Shown piece by piece: positions 20,640 to 30,152 of a stretch of 64,000 nucleotides of DNA. The notes beneath the pieces were generated by a model. It did no database searches, was not told the origin of the DNA, and worked only from the letters and a program-made list of their open reading frames with translations. Made by a program: the position numbers and the translations under genes. Source of the DNA: Candidatus Coatesbacteria bacterium (GTDB lineage: Bacteria > RBG-13-66-14 > B26-G2 > WVWN01 > G020348885); NCBI GenBank assembly GCA_020348885.1, contig CP070755.1:1630689-1694688 (forward strand). The letters run 5' to 3'. How positions within the stretch are numbered: the first letter of the stretch is position 1; each line of letters begins with the position of its first letter.

Positions 20640-20774
20640 ATGATGGACTTCTACGGACCTGGGATGTGGAGCGGCGTTTTAGTATCGTTCCTCACGAGCT
20701 GCCTCGCGATAGGTTTACCCGTCGCCATCGCGATTATCATCGGCGCGATAATCGTCCGCGGCGGAAAGAAATAA
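20640..20774 (+). CDS. 44-aa membrane microprotein A (not in ORF track)
   Basis: AGGAGG RBS; MMDFYGPGMWSGVLVSFLTSCLAIGLPVAIAIIIGAIIVRGGKK. Confidence 0.75.
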   Translation: MMDFYGPGMWSGVLVSFLTSCLAIGLPVAIAIIIGAIIVRGGKK

Positions 20775-20783
20775 ACGGCCGGC

Positions 20784-20921
20784 ATGGACGCGTTCGGCAT
20801 ACTCGACTACCCGGGCTACTGGACCGACATGTTCATACGGGCCATCGTATCGTGCGTTACCGTCGGCCTGCCGGTGGCCCTGGCCATTCTGGTAGCGGCG
20901 CATATTATCAAAAAGAAGTAG
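20784..20921 (+). CDS. 45-aa membrane microprotein B, paralog of A (not in ORF track)
   Basis: MDAFGILDYPGYWTDMFIRAIVSCVTVGLPVALAILVAAHIIKKK; shares PGxW...SCxxxGLPVAxAI with A. Confidence 0.7.
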   Translation: MDAFGILDYPGYWTDMFIRAIVSCVTVGLPVALAILVAAHIIKKK

Positions 20922-21014
20922 GGCCGTATCTTTGGGCGCGGCCGCTTAGGAAGAAAGCGCGCGGGTAGCAGCATCTTTGTTAGTCGCAGAAAATGCGGAA
21001 CTGGGAAAACGCCG

Positions 21015-21419
21015 GTGAAATGGTCCCTGATTTTCGTATTCTGGCTCGCGATGGCCGTACTCATATCAGCAGACGGGTTCGTCGGTTACTTCGTAGTAAT
21101 GCCCAAGTTCGGCGAATACGTGAACCACGTCTATAAATCGGCAGTAGCGGTGGGGATTACGGCATTGTTCTCGTGGGTATACGCTATTATTTCCAAGGGG
21201 GAAGGTTGGCTGACGTACGCCGTTGCTTGCGGCGTAATCTGGGTAATTATAACCACCTGCTTCGAGTTCGTAGCCGGCCATTACCTTTTTGGAAACCCGT
21301 GGCCCGCTTTGTTTAACGATTACAGGATTTGGGCCGGTCGGCTGTGGGTCCCGGTGCTTTTAACCTCGCTCGCCGGGCCGGCGTTAATGGGACATTTCGT
21401 TAATTTAAAGGGTAAATAA
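21015..21419 (+). CDS. Hypothetical 4-TM membrane protein
   Basis: Four hydrophobic segments; FEFVAGHYLFG..W..L..DY....GRLW motif. Confidence 0.75.
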   Translation: MKWSLIFVFWLAMAVLISADGFVGYFVVMPKFGEYVNHVYKSAVAVGITALFSWVYAIISKGEGWLTYAVACGVIWVIITTCFEFVAGHYLFGNPWPALFNDYRIWAGRLWVPVLLTSLAGPALMGHFVNLKGK

Positions 21420-21433
21420 CGGGAGCGTTCGTA

Positions 21434-21895
21434 GTGTTAAGAGGGCTCTGGCGAATAATAGCGGGAACCTGGTGGCTCGTCGTCGGATTGATCGTCGTGT
21501 TCAAGCACCTGTTCTTCCGCCGCGCGATAACCATCCAATTCCCGAAAGAGCGCATGGTGATGTGGCCCCGGTTCCGCGGCCGCGTCGGGATGGTCCCCGG
21601 GGACAACGGCGCGAAGCATAAGTGCACCGGCTGCGGCCAGTGCGTCCGGGCTTGTCCCGCCGCATGCATCTTCCTGGACACTCATAAGGAAGAAGGCGTC
21701 AAAGGTCTTATCGTGGACCGGTACGCCATCGACCTCGGGCTTTGTATCTACTGCGCCCTCTGCGTCGAGATATGCCCCTTCGGCGCCCTACGGACCGTAA
21801 CCGACTACGAGATTTCCGTCTTCGATAAAGGCGAACTAATGTGGGAGATGGACGGACTGCTGGAGCCGCGGCGCGCGCCCAGGTTCAAGCGCTGA
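21434..21895 (+). CDS. nuoI: NADH-quinone oxidoreductase subunit I
   Basis: TIQFPKE, RFRG, two CxxCxxCxxxCP ferredoxin motifs. Confidence 0.95.
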   Translation: MLRGLWRIIAGTWWLVVGLIVVFKHLFFRRAITIQFPKERMVMWPRFRGRVGMVPGDNGAKHKCTGCGQCVRACPAACIFLDTHKEEGVKGLIVDRYAIDLGLCIYCALCVEICPFGALRTVTDYEISVFDKGELMWEMDGLLEPRRAPRFKR

Positions 21896-21919
21896 GCCGG
21901 CGGCGCCGGGAGGATATGT

Positions 21920-22426
21920 ATGGGTGGATGGATTTATACTATAGCTTTCTACGTTTGCGCGGCGCTCCTGGTCGCGTCAGCGTTAGGCGTGCTTCTGCTG
22001 CGTAACCTGTTCCACGCCGGCCTGAGCCTTATCGCGGCGCTCTTCACGATGGCGGCGCTCTTTATCCTGCTTGGCGCCGAGTTCGTCGCCGGCATCCAGG
22101 TGTTGATATACGTGGGCGCCATCGCCGTGTTGATTCTCTTCGCCGTGATGCTGACTCAACGCATCGCCGAAGAGAAGGTCAAGCGATACACGCGGGCGCT
22201 CTTGCCCGGGTTGGCCGTCGCGCTGGCGCTCGTGATCGTAATGATACTGGTTACGACAGGACTCACCGGATATGGGTTCACCCCGTTCGCGACCGAGGAC
22301 ACGGTCGGCGACATCGGCAAAGCCCTGCTCTCGACCTACGTCCTTCCCCTCGAGGTGATTTCGCTCCTATTGCTGGGGGCGTTGGTGGGCGCCATCGTCC
22401 TTGCCCGCAAAGAGGAGGAAAAATGA
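21920..22426 (+). CDS. nuoJ: NADH-quinone oxidoreductase subunit J
   Basis: AEFVAGIQVLIYVGAIAVLILFAVML; YVLPLEVISLLLL. Confidence 0.95.
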   Translation: MGGWIYTIAFYVCAALLVASALGVLLLRNLFHAGLSLIAALFTMAALFILLGAEFVAGIQVLIYVGAIAVLILFAVMLTQRIAEEKVKRYTRALLPGLAVALALVIVMILVTTGLTGYGFTPFATEDTVGDIGKALLSTYVLPLEVISLLLLGALVGAIVLARKEEEK

Positions 22427-22734
22427 CGATCACGCCCGCGCACTTCATCGGCCTGGCGTTTATTATATTCGCGATCGGGTTCCTGGTCGTCGTCGTCCGC
22501 AAGAACGCGATCGCGATATTGATGGGCGTGGAGCTGATGCTCAACGCCGTGAACCTGATATTGTTGGCGTTTAACCGGATCCACGGCACGATGGAGCTGG
22601 ACGGCCAGGTCTTCGCGATCTTCGTCATCGCCGTCGCGGCGGCCGAGGCGGTCGTCGGTCTGGCGCTGATACTCGCGGTCTACCGCAGCCTGGGGACCGT
22701 CAGCATAGATGATTTAAGCGCGTTGAAAGGGTAG
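22423..22734 (+). CDS. nuoK: NADH-quinone oxidoreductase subunit K
   Basis: RKNAIAILMGVELMLNAVN, GQVF, AAAEAVVGLA, terminal LKG. Confidence 0.97.
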   Translation: MTITPAHFIGLAFIIFAIGFLVVVVRKNAIAILMGVELMLNAVNLILLAFNRIHGTMELDGQVFAIFVIAVAAAEAVVGLALILAVYRSLGTVSIDDLSALKG

Positions 22735-22736
22735 TT

Positions 22737-23210
22737 ATGAAACCGTTCGCAATAACGCTCTTTTTGATCGGCATCTCGGCGGCAACAGCGGCCAACGAAG
22801 CGGGTTGGGACGTGGAACGCTGGGGCGTTCACTTTACGATACTATTCAACGATGAGCACGACGAATACGATAATTGCTCGGTCTGGCGCGGCAATGACGT
22901 TGAGTACTATCTGATGAAATTCGATACGCCCGACCCGGAGTTCGCCCGCGAGGTCCATATGAAGTCGGCGTCGCTAGCAGAAGACGCGATACTTTCCGAA
23001 AGGGAAGTGGACGAGGAAACGGAACGTTCGGGTTTCGTCGCCGGTTTAGAGACGGAATACGCGTACGATGACGGGGAGTATAGAGAGACGGCACGTTACC
23101 TGAGCGACGGAGAAACGTGCTTCGCCCTGATATTCTCATGCCCGGTCGACGGTTGGGACGACAACGAGTTCTACCGCGACGACTTCTTTACGTCGGTGAG
23201 TAAGTACTAG
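22737..23210 (+). CDS. Secreted acidic hypothetical protein (copy 1 of 3, possibly PsbP/DcrB-like)
   Basis: Signal peptide; starts 2 nt after the nuoK stop. Confidence 0.7.
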   Translation: MKPFAITLFLIGISAATAANEAGWDVERWGVHFTILFNDEHDEYDNCSVWRGNDVEYYLMKFDTPDPEFAREVHMKSASLAEDAILSEREVDEETERSGFVAGLETEYAYDDGEYRETARYLSDGETCFALIFSCPVDGWDDNEFYRDDFFTSVSKY

Positions 23211-23738
23211 GTGATGAAGGTAATTACGACGTTCTTCCTCCTGACAGCGACAGCAGCGACGGCGGGGCTCGCGGGAGTTGATTTCGTACGTTACGACGAC
23301 GCCGCCGGCGCGTTCTCTATATCGCTACCGTCAGGTTATACGTTATCCAAAAGCGGCGCTTACCCTCGGTACTTCAGCTGGGCCGACGATAATATAGGAC
23401 TAACGTTCGTCTCGGTGAACTGGGCCGACGGCGCACCGCTAACGGCCGACGAGGTTAAGGAAGCATACGAGAGTTATTTAGGAGTCGAGTCCGACCTAAA
23501 CTCGCGGGAGACGATTGTACCCGACGACCTGCTTCCCGTGTACGGCGCCGACGACGGACTCCGGGGACGTTACTACATCACGGACGGCGCCGAAGAAACG
23601 TGCTACCGGGTTTCTTTCTTGGACCGGCGTGACCGGGTTTACACGTTTATAATCGCCGTACCGGCGGCGACAGAAGAAGAAACGTTGGACGTCATCGAAA
23701 CCGTACAGAACTCGGTAATCTTACTAGAGGGAGACTGA
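23211..23738 (+). CDS. Secreted hypothetical protein (copy 2 of 3, possibly PsbP/DcrB-like)
   Basis: Signal peptide; Y.D..GAFSISLPSGY; abuts the previous gene. Confidence 0.7.
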   Translation: MMKVITTFFLLTATAATAGLAGVDFVRYDDAAGAFSISLPSGYTLSKSGAYPRYFSWADDNIGLTFVSVNWADGAPLTADEVKEAYESYLGVESDLNSRETIVPDDLLPVYGADDGLRGRYYITDGAEETCYRVSFLDRRDRVYTFIIAVPAATEEETLDVIETVQNSVILLEGD

Positions 23739-23740
23739 CC

Positions 23741-24289
23741 GTGAGAACGATATTCTTTTTAACCGCACTGGGGCTGGCCGCTTTCGCGCCCGCCGCCGCG
23801 ATTTCATACGTAACCGTTTCCGACGACGCCGGTTTTACGGTAGAATTACCCGAAGGCTTCGAAATCGCTTCCGAAGTAGCCGAAGACCCCGTAATCCGGG
23901 AATTAACCGAAGGTAAACCGTCGGTCGTTTCCACGTACGTATGGGAAGGCTCCGAGCTCGAAGGTATGGGCTTCGCCGTCGTACGTATCGGCGGCGGCGG
24001 GGTAGCGCCTGATAAAATGGAATCCTTCGTTCACGAGCGCCTTAACGCCGAAATGATGCCCTATAAGGTAACCGACCTGGGACTCACCCACGCCAGGATA
24101 ACCGAAATAGGGGCCGACTCGGGTAACAGCGTCCAGTACACGGCCGAGATCGAAGAAATGGTTTTGAAGGTGAACGTATACTACTTGCAGAAAGGTAACG
24201 CCAGCTATTTGGTTATTATCGGCTGGCCTTTAGACGCCGGGTTCGCCGGCGCCGGTCAGCACATAGAAAAAACGTTCAAGTTGGAGTGA
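23741..24289 (+). CDS. Secreted hypothetical protein (copy 3 of 3, possibly PsbP/DcrB-like)
   Basis: Signal peptide; DDAGFTVELPEGF; ends IEKTFKLE. Confidence 0.7.
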   Translation: MRTIFFLTALGLAAFAPAAAISYVTVSDDAGFTVELPEGFEIASEVAEDPVIRELTEGKPSVVSTYVWEGSELEGMGFAVVRIGGGGVAPDKMESFVHERLNAEMMPYKVTDLGLTHARITEIGADSGNSVQYTAEIEEMVLKVNVYYLQKGNASYLVIIGWPLDAGFAGAGQHIEKTFKLE

Positions 24290-24335
24290 TATTTCTCCGG
24301 TCATCTAACCGGTTTAATACGGAGACTTCGACGAT

Positions 24336-26273
24336 ATGTCTATAATCCCGATTCTCGCCGTAATAGTCCAATTCGCGCCGCTGGTGGGTTTCGCCGTCGC
24401 CCTCTTCTGGGGCAAACGGATGGGCGAGCCGCGAGCCAGCTTTGTTCCCGTCGCGATGATGGGCGTAAGCGCCCTCGCGAGCATCCCGTTATTGGCCGGC
24501 GTCCTGTCCGGCCACGGCGGGCTCTTTACCGTCGAGTGGATAAACTCCGGTGCGATAAGTATAAACATCGGCTATATGCTGGACAACTACAGCGCCGTAA
24601 TGACGGCAACCGTCGCGATCGTCGCGTTCCTCATCCATCTCTACTCGATAGGCTACATGCATGGTGACCCGAGGTTCGGCCGGTTCTTCGCGTACCTGAA
24701 CCTCTTCGCGTTCTCGATGCTGGGGCTGGTGACGGCTTCGAACTTTATGCAACTCTTTATCTTCTGGGAGTTGGTCGGCCTCTGCTCGTACCTTCTTATC
24801 GGCTTCTGGTACGAGAAGAAATCGGCGTCCGACGCCGGCATCAAAGCCTTCATCACCACGCGAACCGGCGACGTCGGGTTTATGCTCGGGATATTCCTCC
24901 TCTTCGCTCTGACCGGCTCGATGGACTACGACAAGATATTCCACGCCGTCGAGGGTGGCGCCATCGGCCCGACGTTGATTACGGCGGCGGCGCTCCTCCT
25001 CTTCTGCGGCGCGATAGGGAAATCGGCCCAGATACCGCTGCAGGTGTGGCTCCCGGACGCGATGGAAGGCCCGACTCCCGTCAGCGCCCTCATCCACGCC
25101 GCGACTATGGTCTGCGCCGGCGTGTATATGATCGCACGGGTATTCCCCATCTTCGAAGCGGCGCCTACGGCGCTCTTCGTCGTCGCCATCGTCGGCGGGA
25201 CCACAGCGCTCCTCGCCGCGACCATAGCGTTGGTACAGATTGACATCAAGCGGGTGCTGGCGTACTCGACGGTCAGCCAACTTGGGTATATGATACTGGC
25301 CCTTGGGGTCGGCAACCCGGTGGCGGCCTTTTTCCACCTGGTTACCCACGCGTTCTTCAAGTCGCTCCTATTTCTCGGGTCCGGCTCGATGATACACGGG
25401 ACAGGCACCCAAGACATCCGGGAGATGGGCGGTCTGGCACCCAAGATGAAGACGACGACGTGGACGTTCGTTGTCGGGGCGCTGGCGCTGGCAGGCGTAC
25501 CGCCTTTGGCCGGTTTCTTCTCCAAGGACGAAATCTTGGGCTCCGTCAGCGACTACGGCCACTGGTGGCTAATAGTCTGCGGCTTTCTGACGGCTCTCTT
25601 GACGGCCTTCTACATGTTTCGGGCTATATATATCTCCTACGCCGGGAAACCGCGGACGGCGGGCGCCGAGCACGCACACGAGTCACCGCCGGTTATGACG
25701 ATACCGCTGATCGTCCTCGCCGTATTCTCGGTCACGGCCGGGTGGATATTCTTCGTCCCCGGCGGCTTCGGCGCGTTCTCGGGCTTGAGCGTTTTCCTTC
25801 ACCACGAGCACGGGATTAACGTGGGGGCGATGGGCGCGTCGGTAATTCTGGCCCTCTCAGGTATCTTCATCGCGACGATAATCTACCTCTGGAAGTGGGT
25901 GGACAACGAGCAGCTCTACAAGATATTTCGGCCCGTCGCTTTCGTGCTCGAACGCAAGTACTTCTTTGACGACGTTTACCACGGTTTGCTCGTCCCCGGG
26001 TTCGTCCTCTTCAGCCGCTTCTGGGGCGCGTTCGACCTGTGGGTAATAGACGGCATCGTCAATCTGTCGGCTTTCATGACGGTCCTGGTCAGCCGCTTCG
26101 AAGGTTGGTTCGACCTGGCAATAGTGGACGGGGTTGTTAACCTACTCGGCTGGATTACCAGAACGTTCGGCGCCGGGTTCCGTAAACTTCAGACTGGGTA
26201 CGTACAGGAGTACATAATCATCCTGGGCGTCGGCGCCGTCGCCGTGATACTGGCGGCACTTGCGATATTGTAA
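24336..26273 (+). CDS. nuoL: NADH-quinone oxidoreductase subunit L
   Basis: YSIGYMHGD, WELVGLCSYLLIGFW, GKSAQIPL.VWLPDAMEGPTPVSALIHAATMV, THAFFK, LQTG. Confidence 0.97.
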   Translation: MSIIPILAVIVQFAPLVGFAVALFWGKRMGEPRASFVPVAMMGVSALASIPLLAGVLSGHGGLFTVEWINSGAISINIGYMLDNYSAVMTATVAIVAFLIHLYSIGYMHGDPRFGRFFAYLNLFAFSMLGLVTASNFMQLFIFWELVGLCSYLLIGFWYEKKSASDAGIKAFITTRTGDVGFMLGIFLLFALTGSMDYDKIFHAVEGGAIGPTLITAAALLLFCGAIGKSAQIPLQVWLPDAMEGPTPVSALIHAATMVCAGVYMIARVFPIFEAAPTALFVVAIVGGTTALLAATIALVQIDIKRVLAYSTVSQLGYMILALGVGNPVAAFFHLVTHAFFKSLLFLGSGSMIHGTGTQDIREMGGLAPKMKTTTWTFVVGALALAGVPPLAGFFSKDEILGSVSDYGHWWLIVCGFLTALLTAFYMFRAIYISYAGKPRTAGAEHAHESPPVMTIPLIVLAVFSVTAGWIFFVPGGFGAFSGLSVFLHHEHGINVGAMGASVILALSGIFIATIIYLWKWVDNEQLYKIFRPVAFVLERKYFFDDVYHGLLVPGFVLFSRFWGAFDLWVIDGIVNLSAFMTVLVSRFEGWFDLAIVDGVVNLLGWITRTFGAGFRKLQTGYVQEYIIILGVGAVAVILAALAIL

Positions 26274-26304
26274 GTAAAGCCGTTAAAATAGGAGGTTGGT
26301 TACA

Positions 26305-27906
26305 ATGAAAACGCGATTAGTTTTAATCTTTTCGATAGCTTTATTAGCGCTTTCCGGCGTTTTCATAGGTTGTGACAACAACGTTACGGGGCCTGACGAC
26401 GGCGATGGGGATGGTAACGGCGACGGGGACGAAGAAAAACCGGAATTATCGAACCCGAATCCACCAGACGGCGCAACGGGCGTAGATTTCCTTTTGGATT
26501 CCGTAAGTTGGGAATGTACGAACCCCACCGGTGCCAACCTTACGTTCGACGTCTACTTCGGCGAATCGGGTTCGCCCCTAGACTTAATAGCTAACGATAT
26601 ACCTGATACAAAATGCCCAATAGGACCGCTAGAAGAGAAAACCGGTTATCAATGGCAAGTTACCGTAGATTACGGAGAAGGTCTAACCGAATGGGGTCCC
26701 GAATGGGAGTTCGAAACAGCAGAGTCACCTGGTTGGCATATAGAAATAGTCGATTATATCGGTGAGTTTTATCCTTTCTACGACATTTCACTTACTATAG
26801 ATAGCGGAGATAATCTGTATATGAGTTATTATTCTATGGGAGACCATGGTTTAAAATACGCATACACGAGTGGGCGAGGTTGGACGACCGAAATCGTCGA
26901 TACGGATGGTTATATGCCCGGTCAAGGTTCTTCTATTGAACTAGATATTAACGGCGACCCGCATATAAGCTATGTAACCGCCCTGGATCTATCCGGACAA
27001 GAAATCAGGTGCGCCCGTAAAACGGGGCTAACGTGGTCAATTGATAATATCGCAAGCGGCTATTTATGGGGTACTTCCCTCGTTTTAGACGGTTCGTCTA
27101 ACGAACATATTACATATTACGAAGAGGGAGGTGGGAATCCTAGAATATTTTACACTTACAAAAGCGGTTCCGGGTGGATTAGAAAAGAGGTATATGCAGG
27201 TATCTCCCACAACTCGCGTAAATCGATAGGGTTTAATAAGGACGGTAAACCCGTTATTTGTTTCAACCCCTTTAATGACATAGACTACGACTTAAGGTTT
27301 GCTACTTGGAACGGTTCAAGTTGGGATATCGAAGTGATAGATAGCGGTACTTATCATATATCCTGGCAAGCCGAGATGGTCATCGACGCCCAAAAGAACC
27401 CTCATATCGTATATAACGACGGTTTAAGTTATCCCGAACATCTGATGAAGTACGCGCGTAGAAATGGGTCTTCGTGGATAATAGAAAATATAGAAGTAGA
27501 TAGGTGGGAAGCTAGGCCTTGGGTTTGCGATTTATACCTCGATGGTACTGGCAAACCACATATAACCTATACAACCCGCGAATACGTTTCAGGTAATTAC
27601 CGATACGAATTAAAATACGGTTATTTCGACGGCACGTCTTGGTCCAATGAACTAGTCGAAGAAGCGGAAGTAGGTTCGAATAGATTAGTATTGGACGCTC
27701 AAGGATACCCCCATATCTTATATTTCGATGAAAACACTTATGAGTTGAAACACGCTTATTACATACCGGAAAGCCGTTTTGATACGTCGGCGCTGCGAAT
27801 AAAAGCCGTACCTCATACGAAACAAAAAGACGATAAAACGAAAGCGAAATTAAAAGAAGGGGAACGGAAGAAAGGTAAAGATTTAGCGTCGGGTATCGTC
27901 GAATAA
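26305..27906 (+). CDS. Lipoprotein with FN3-like domain and 7-repeat beta-propeller
   Basis: GGAGG RBS, ATG at 26305, lipobox FIGC, GD-rich linker, YQWQV FN3-like strand, seven (L/I)DxxGxPHIxY-type repeats. Confidence 0.8.
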   Translation: MKTRLVLIFSIALLALSGVFIGCDNNVTGPDDGDGDGNGDGDEEKPELSNPNPPDGATGVDFLLDSVSWECTNPTGANLTFDVYFGESGSPLDLIANDIPDTKCPIGPLEEKTGYQWQVTVDYGEGLTEWGPEWEFETAESPGWHIEIVDYIGEFYPFYDISLTIDSGDNLYMSYYSMGDHGLKYAYTSGRGWTTEIVDTDGYMPGQGSSIELDINGDPHISYVTALDLSGQEIRCARKTGLTWSIDNIASGYLWGTSLVLDGSSNEHITYYEEGGGNPRIFYTYKSGSGWIRKEVYAGISHNSRKSIGFNKDGKPVICFNPFNDIDYDLRFATWNGSSWDIEVIDSGTYHISWQAEMVIDAQKNPHIVYNDGLSYPEHLMKYARRNGSSWIIENIEVDRWEARPWVCDLYLDGTGKPHITYTTREYVSGNYRYELKYGYFDGTSWSNELVEEAEVGSNRLVLDAQGYPHILYFDENTYELKHAYYIPESRFDTSALRIKAVPHTKQKDDKTKAKLKEGERKKGKDLASGIVE

Positions 27907-27980
27907 ACGTATTACCGCCGGAGGGTCACCCGGGCAGCGTTAACGTTAGTTTTAACCTGACGGACGATCAGTATCAATAC

Positions 27981-28577
27981 ATGAAAGAAGCCTCATATAT
28001 CATCGTTATCTCGGCGGTTTGTTGGGCCTTATCGGCGACAGCTTATACCAACGACGCCGTCATCTCGCCGAACCCGGCGGCCCGGGCCTACTTCTGGGAG
28101 GGCATCGACGCGCTGGCCGATGGCGACGAGATTGGCGCGAAAGACCGGTTCGAGCTTGCAGTCGGCGCAGACGAAAAATGTGTACTCGCGTACGCGCTCC
28201 TCAGCCAACTCGCGTACGCCGCGGGCGACGAAGAGCTGTCCCGCGAGTACTACGACAGGATGTCGGAAGAACCGCCGGAGCTGGAGGTACTATACGCGTG
28301 GGCCGTCGAACCGACGGCGGAAGGCGATTGGGACGAGGCGGCGGCCCGGGCCCGCGAATTCGTCGAACAGTACCCGCAGACTCTCCGGGCTATCGCGATA
28401 CTCCATCTTCTCGGCCGCGCCCAGTACTACATGGGCGAGCGAGACGAAGCCTGGGAGACCCTCAACTATGCCTTTATGATGAGCGACCTGGTACCCGGAA
28501 CGGTACCGGCCTACGAAAACGAAGACGAGTACGAAACCATATCGGCGTTCGTTTCGGGCGATTCGAACGTCGAATAA
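27981..28577 (+). CDS. Secreted tetratricopeptide-repeat protein
   Basis: Signal peptide; TPR-like helix pairs (AYALLSQLAYAAGD; LLGRAQYYMGERDEA). Confidence 0.75.
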   Translation: MKEASYIIVISAVCWALSATAYTNDAVISPNPAARAYFWEGIDALADGDEIGAKDRFELAVGADEKCVLAYALLSQLAYAAGDEELSREYYDRMSEEPPELEVLYAWAVEPTAEGDWDEAAARAREFVEQYPQTLRAIAILHLLGRAQYYMGERDEAWETLNYAFMMSDLVPGTVPAYENEDEYETISAFVSGDSNVE

Positions 28578-28635
28578 CCGATACAGACTTCGATTATAAA
28601 GATTTGGGGACGTAACCCCTCTAGGAGGAACATCG

Positions 28636-30114
28636 ATGGACTTCCCGATTCTCACCGTAACGACATTCGCGCCCATAGTCGGGATGATTATAATCCTATT
28701 AATGCCCCGCAAACTCGAGAACCTGATAAGGGGAACCGGGGTCTTCTTCTGCGGCGTCTCGCTCGTATTATCATTGGCGATGCTCTTCATCTATAAGGCG
28801 GACATGGCCGGTATAATGCAGATGGAAGAGCAGTACCGGTGGATTCCCACCATCGCCGTCAGCTACCACGTGGGCGTCGACGGGCTGTCGTTCCCGCTCT
28901 ACATTCTAACGACGGTCCTCTCGTTCCTCGCGGCGATAGCCTCGTTCTCGGTCAAGGAGCGGGTCAAGGAATACTACGCCCTCTACCTCCTCCTGGTAAC
29001 GGGGATGTTGGGCGTCTTTATCGCCCTCGACCTCTTCCTCTTCTACGTCTTCTGGGAAGTTATGCTGGTACCGATGTACTTCCTCATCGGCATCTGGGGG
29101 GGAGAACGACGCGAATACGCGGCCATCAAGTTCTTCCTCTACACCCTTCTGGGCAGCGTAGTAATGCTCCTTGGGATTCTCGCACTTTTCTTCACGTCGA
29201 CGCCCCACACCTTCGATATGATGGCCCTGATGGCCCAGAACGGAAACTTCGTCCACGGGTTCCAGATAATCGTGTTCATGGCTTTCTTCATCGGATTCGC
29301 GATAAAGGTACCCGTCTTCCCGTTCCACACGTGGCTTCCCGACGCCCACGTGGAAGCGCCGACGGCTATCTCGGTCCTCCTCGCCGGGATACTCCTTAAA
29401 ATGGGCGCTTACGGGCTCCTACGGGTAAGTTACCCTATACTGCCCGAAGGGGCCGTCTGGTTCGCCGTGCCGCTTGCGGTCTTGGGGATAATAAACATAG
29501 TTTACGGGGCGCTCGTCGCGATGGCCCAGAAGGACCTCAAGAAGCTCATCGCGTACTCGTCGGTGAGCCACATGGGGTTCGTACTCCTCGGAGCGGCGGC
29601 GATGACGGCCACGGGTTTCAACGGCGCGATGATGCAGATGCTCGCCCACGGGATAATCACCGGCGGGCTCTTCCTCATGGTGGGCGTCCTCTACGACAGG
29701 ACCCACGACCGTATGATCGAGCACTACGGCGGGCTGGCCAACAAGGTCCCGATATTCGTCGGCGTCTTCTCGGTCACGATGTTCGCGTCGCTGGGTCTGC
29801 CGGGTATGGCCGGGTTCGTGGGCGAGTTCCTCAGTTTCGCCGGGACGTTCCCGGTATACAAATGGGCCGTAATCGCGGCGGCGCCGGGCGTGGTCATAAC
29901 TGCGGGTTACTTCCTCTGGACTATCCAACGAATGTTCCTGGGCGAGTTCAATACCCAGTGGGAAGGGCTTACGGATATGAGCGCCCGCGAGCTCGTAACG
30001 ATGGTCCCCCTAATCGTATTGATGATCACGTTCGGCGTATGGCCGCGGCTGTTAATCGACCTGATGAACCCGGCTATGGCTAAACTGGCCGAGTTCATGG
30101 CCACGTTCCGTTAA
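28636..30114 (+). CDS. nuoM: NADH-quinone oxidoreductase subunit M
   Basis: GVDGLS, FYVFWEVMLVPMY, KVPVFPFHTWLPDAHVEAPT, LGLPGMAGFVGE. Confidence 0.97.
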   Translation: MDFPILTVTTFAPIVGMIIILLMPRKLENLIRGTGVFFCGVSLVLSLAMLFIYKADMAGIMQMEEQYRWIPTIAVSYHVGVDGLSFPLYILTTVLSFLAAIASFSVKERVKEYYALYLLLVTGMLGVFIALDLFLFYVFWEVMLVPMYFLIGIWGGERREYAAIKFFLYTLLGSVVMLLGILALFFTSTPHTFDMMALMAQNGNFVHGFQIIVFMAFFIGFAIKVPVFPFHTWLPDAHVEAPTAISVLLAGILLKMGAYGLLRVSYPILPEGAVWFAVPLAVLGIINIVYGALVAMAQKDLKKLIAYSSVSHMGFVLLGAAAMTATGFNGAMMQMLAHGIITGGLFLMVGVLYDRTHDRMIEHYGGLANKVPIFVGVFSVTMFASLGLPGMAGFVGEFLSFAGTFPVYKWAVIAAAPGVVITAGYFLWTIQRMFLGEFNTQWEGLTDMSARELVTMVPLIVLMITFGVWPRLLIDLMNPAMAKLAEFMATFR

Positions 30115-30152
30115 CGGTTTCGGACATCAACCCTTACTAAGGGGAACGTTAT

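Noticed and set aside
26394..26432. GACGGC-like short tandem repeats
   Set aside because: Imperfect and simply encode a Gly-Asp linker.
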